From positions 1,240,001-1,304,000 of the forward strand of contig JBLDXI010000034.1 of NCBI GenBank assembly GCA_047495785.1: 64,000 nucleotides of DNA, read 5' to 3'. The notes under the pieces were generated by a model. It ran no database searches, had not been told where the DNA came from, and was given only the letters and a program-made list of their open reading frames with translations. Source of the DNA: Lepidodermella squamata (lineage: Eukaryota; Animalia; Gastrotricha). Each line of letters opens with the position of its first letter. Positions within the stretch are counted from its first letter, which is position 1. A program made the translations under genes and the position numbers. Below are positions 62,752 to 64,000 of this stretch, piece after piece.

Positions 62752-63255
62752 TTAACGTCCAGATGAACCGAATCCGTTATCGCCACGGGTCGAATTTGCT
62801 GCTAGAGCGTTTTTCAATGGCCCCGTTACCGTTACTGCAGATTCTAAGCGACCATATTTTAAACACACCAACTGGGTAATACGGTCGCCTATTTTAATCT
62901 TGTAAGGTGTTTTGCTGTTGTTTGCAAGGCAGACTACGATTTTTCCGGTGTAGTCGGCGTCTTTAATTCATGAAAAATACAGATATTCATTAGTAATTTT
63001 CATTATTATTTGCTTCTTACCTATTACTCCAGCGACCGTATCGATTCCATGGTTGATGCTCATTCCTGATCGACTGAATAGTTGTCCATAATATCCTCGT
63101 GGTAAACAGATTTTAATATCAGTTTGAATCAGTCCCCTGGTTCCAGGTTGCAGTGTCGTCTCTTCTGCTGAATAGATGTCCCAACCCACAGAGCCTTTAG
63201 TATGCTTTGTCGGTTCTTTAGCTTTGTTACTTGTTAGCTCTACCTTCAGCTTCAT
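62752..63255 (-). CDS. dut: Trimeric dUTPase, 147 aa, 2 exons
   Basis: Exons 63255-63021 and 62960-62752 total 444 nt. All five motifs present: VGWDI, SRSG, AGVI|DADYTG, GDRITQL, RGDNGFGSSG. Confidence 0.92.
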
Positions 63256-64000
63256 ATTTTATAATTTATATTGTTACTGAGGTTCGATTTTTATGTGAGC
63301 GGCTACCTCCTTTCAGGCATATTGTTTTTGTAATTCAATCTTCCTTAAAAATGCATTAGGGCCTTTAGCTCTGTTGACCCCTCAGTGCTGGCTTTAATGC
63401 TTTTCATCAAAGATTCTTGGTATTGTATACATCCTCCTTAATTGCTGTCGGTAATTCAATAAGAAAACATCATGTCAATAAATCTTATACATCCTCCCTA
63501 ATTAAACAATGCGATTTTTTACTTATCAAAATAAAAAGCAATTAGGATTTTTTACCCTTTACGGTGTAATTACCTTAAACAATTCAAACAAAACATCTCC
63601 CTGTTTTTTCCTTTTATGGAAATATCACTCAGACTATTTAAGAGAGATGCTTCAAGAATACACTTAGCATATTTCTTGAAGCAAGCTGGATGCATCCTAA
63701 AGTCTACCATTTCGGCATAGTCGGCAACATTGGGGCGTAAGTCTCATATACTCCACCGAATAGAATTCTATTTAAAGTCTCTTGTTTTAGCGGGAAATCA
63801 ACCTTAATCGAGGGTCTCACTAATCTACCTTCACTCAACCGTAAACTTCAGGGATATACCGCGTGGCCAATTTGCGAGCCTGTTCATCGTTGGGAGTCCT
63901 TTACTGATGACGATAAAACTAACATTTTGAAAGATTACTATCAGATGAAAAATGCGTTCAACTTTCAAATTGTAGCCACGAGTGATATGTGCGGCCTTTA

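Overview
Animal (invertebrate-type) genomic DNA with very short (~48-60 bp) GT-AG introns; the species cannot be named from the sequence alone. Almost all genes are on the minus strand. (1) 1-21933: one giant polycystin-1-family gene (~26 introns, ~6,700 aa in the window, running off the left edge). Its ectodomain has ~8 C-type lectin, ~5 LamG/pentraxin-like, kringle, WSC, 2 discoidin, PAN and PKD domains, followed by REJ-GAIN/GPS-PLAT and the TRPP-type channel. (2) 22670-27080: an intact TRPA1-like channel (1300 aa) lacking the C621/C665-equivalent cysteines. (3) 27391-52117: a tandem array of divergent rhodopsin-class 7TM receptors (2 intact ORFs, 3 pseudogenes, 2 fragments) heavily hit by transposons. 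Inside the array is an apparently complete 8,172-bp CACTG/EnSpm element (38016-46187). It encodes a spliced transposase, a spliced SAM-domain protein and a possible cyclin-box ORF, sits 4 bp upstream of a receptor ATG, and its TIR supplies a splice acceptor. Also present: a Penelope-type insert with a hammerhead ribozyme, a G.T-biased 140-nt hairpin, several MITEs, an intronic TTAGGG-like tract, an orphan sushi exon and an intact spliced dUTPase. Gene models were spliced by eye and domain calls come from motif recognition; no database searches were run.
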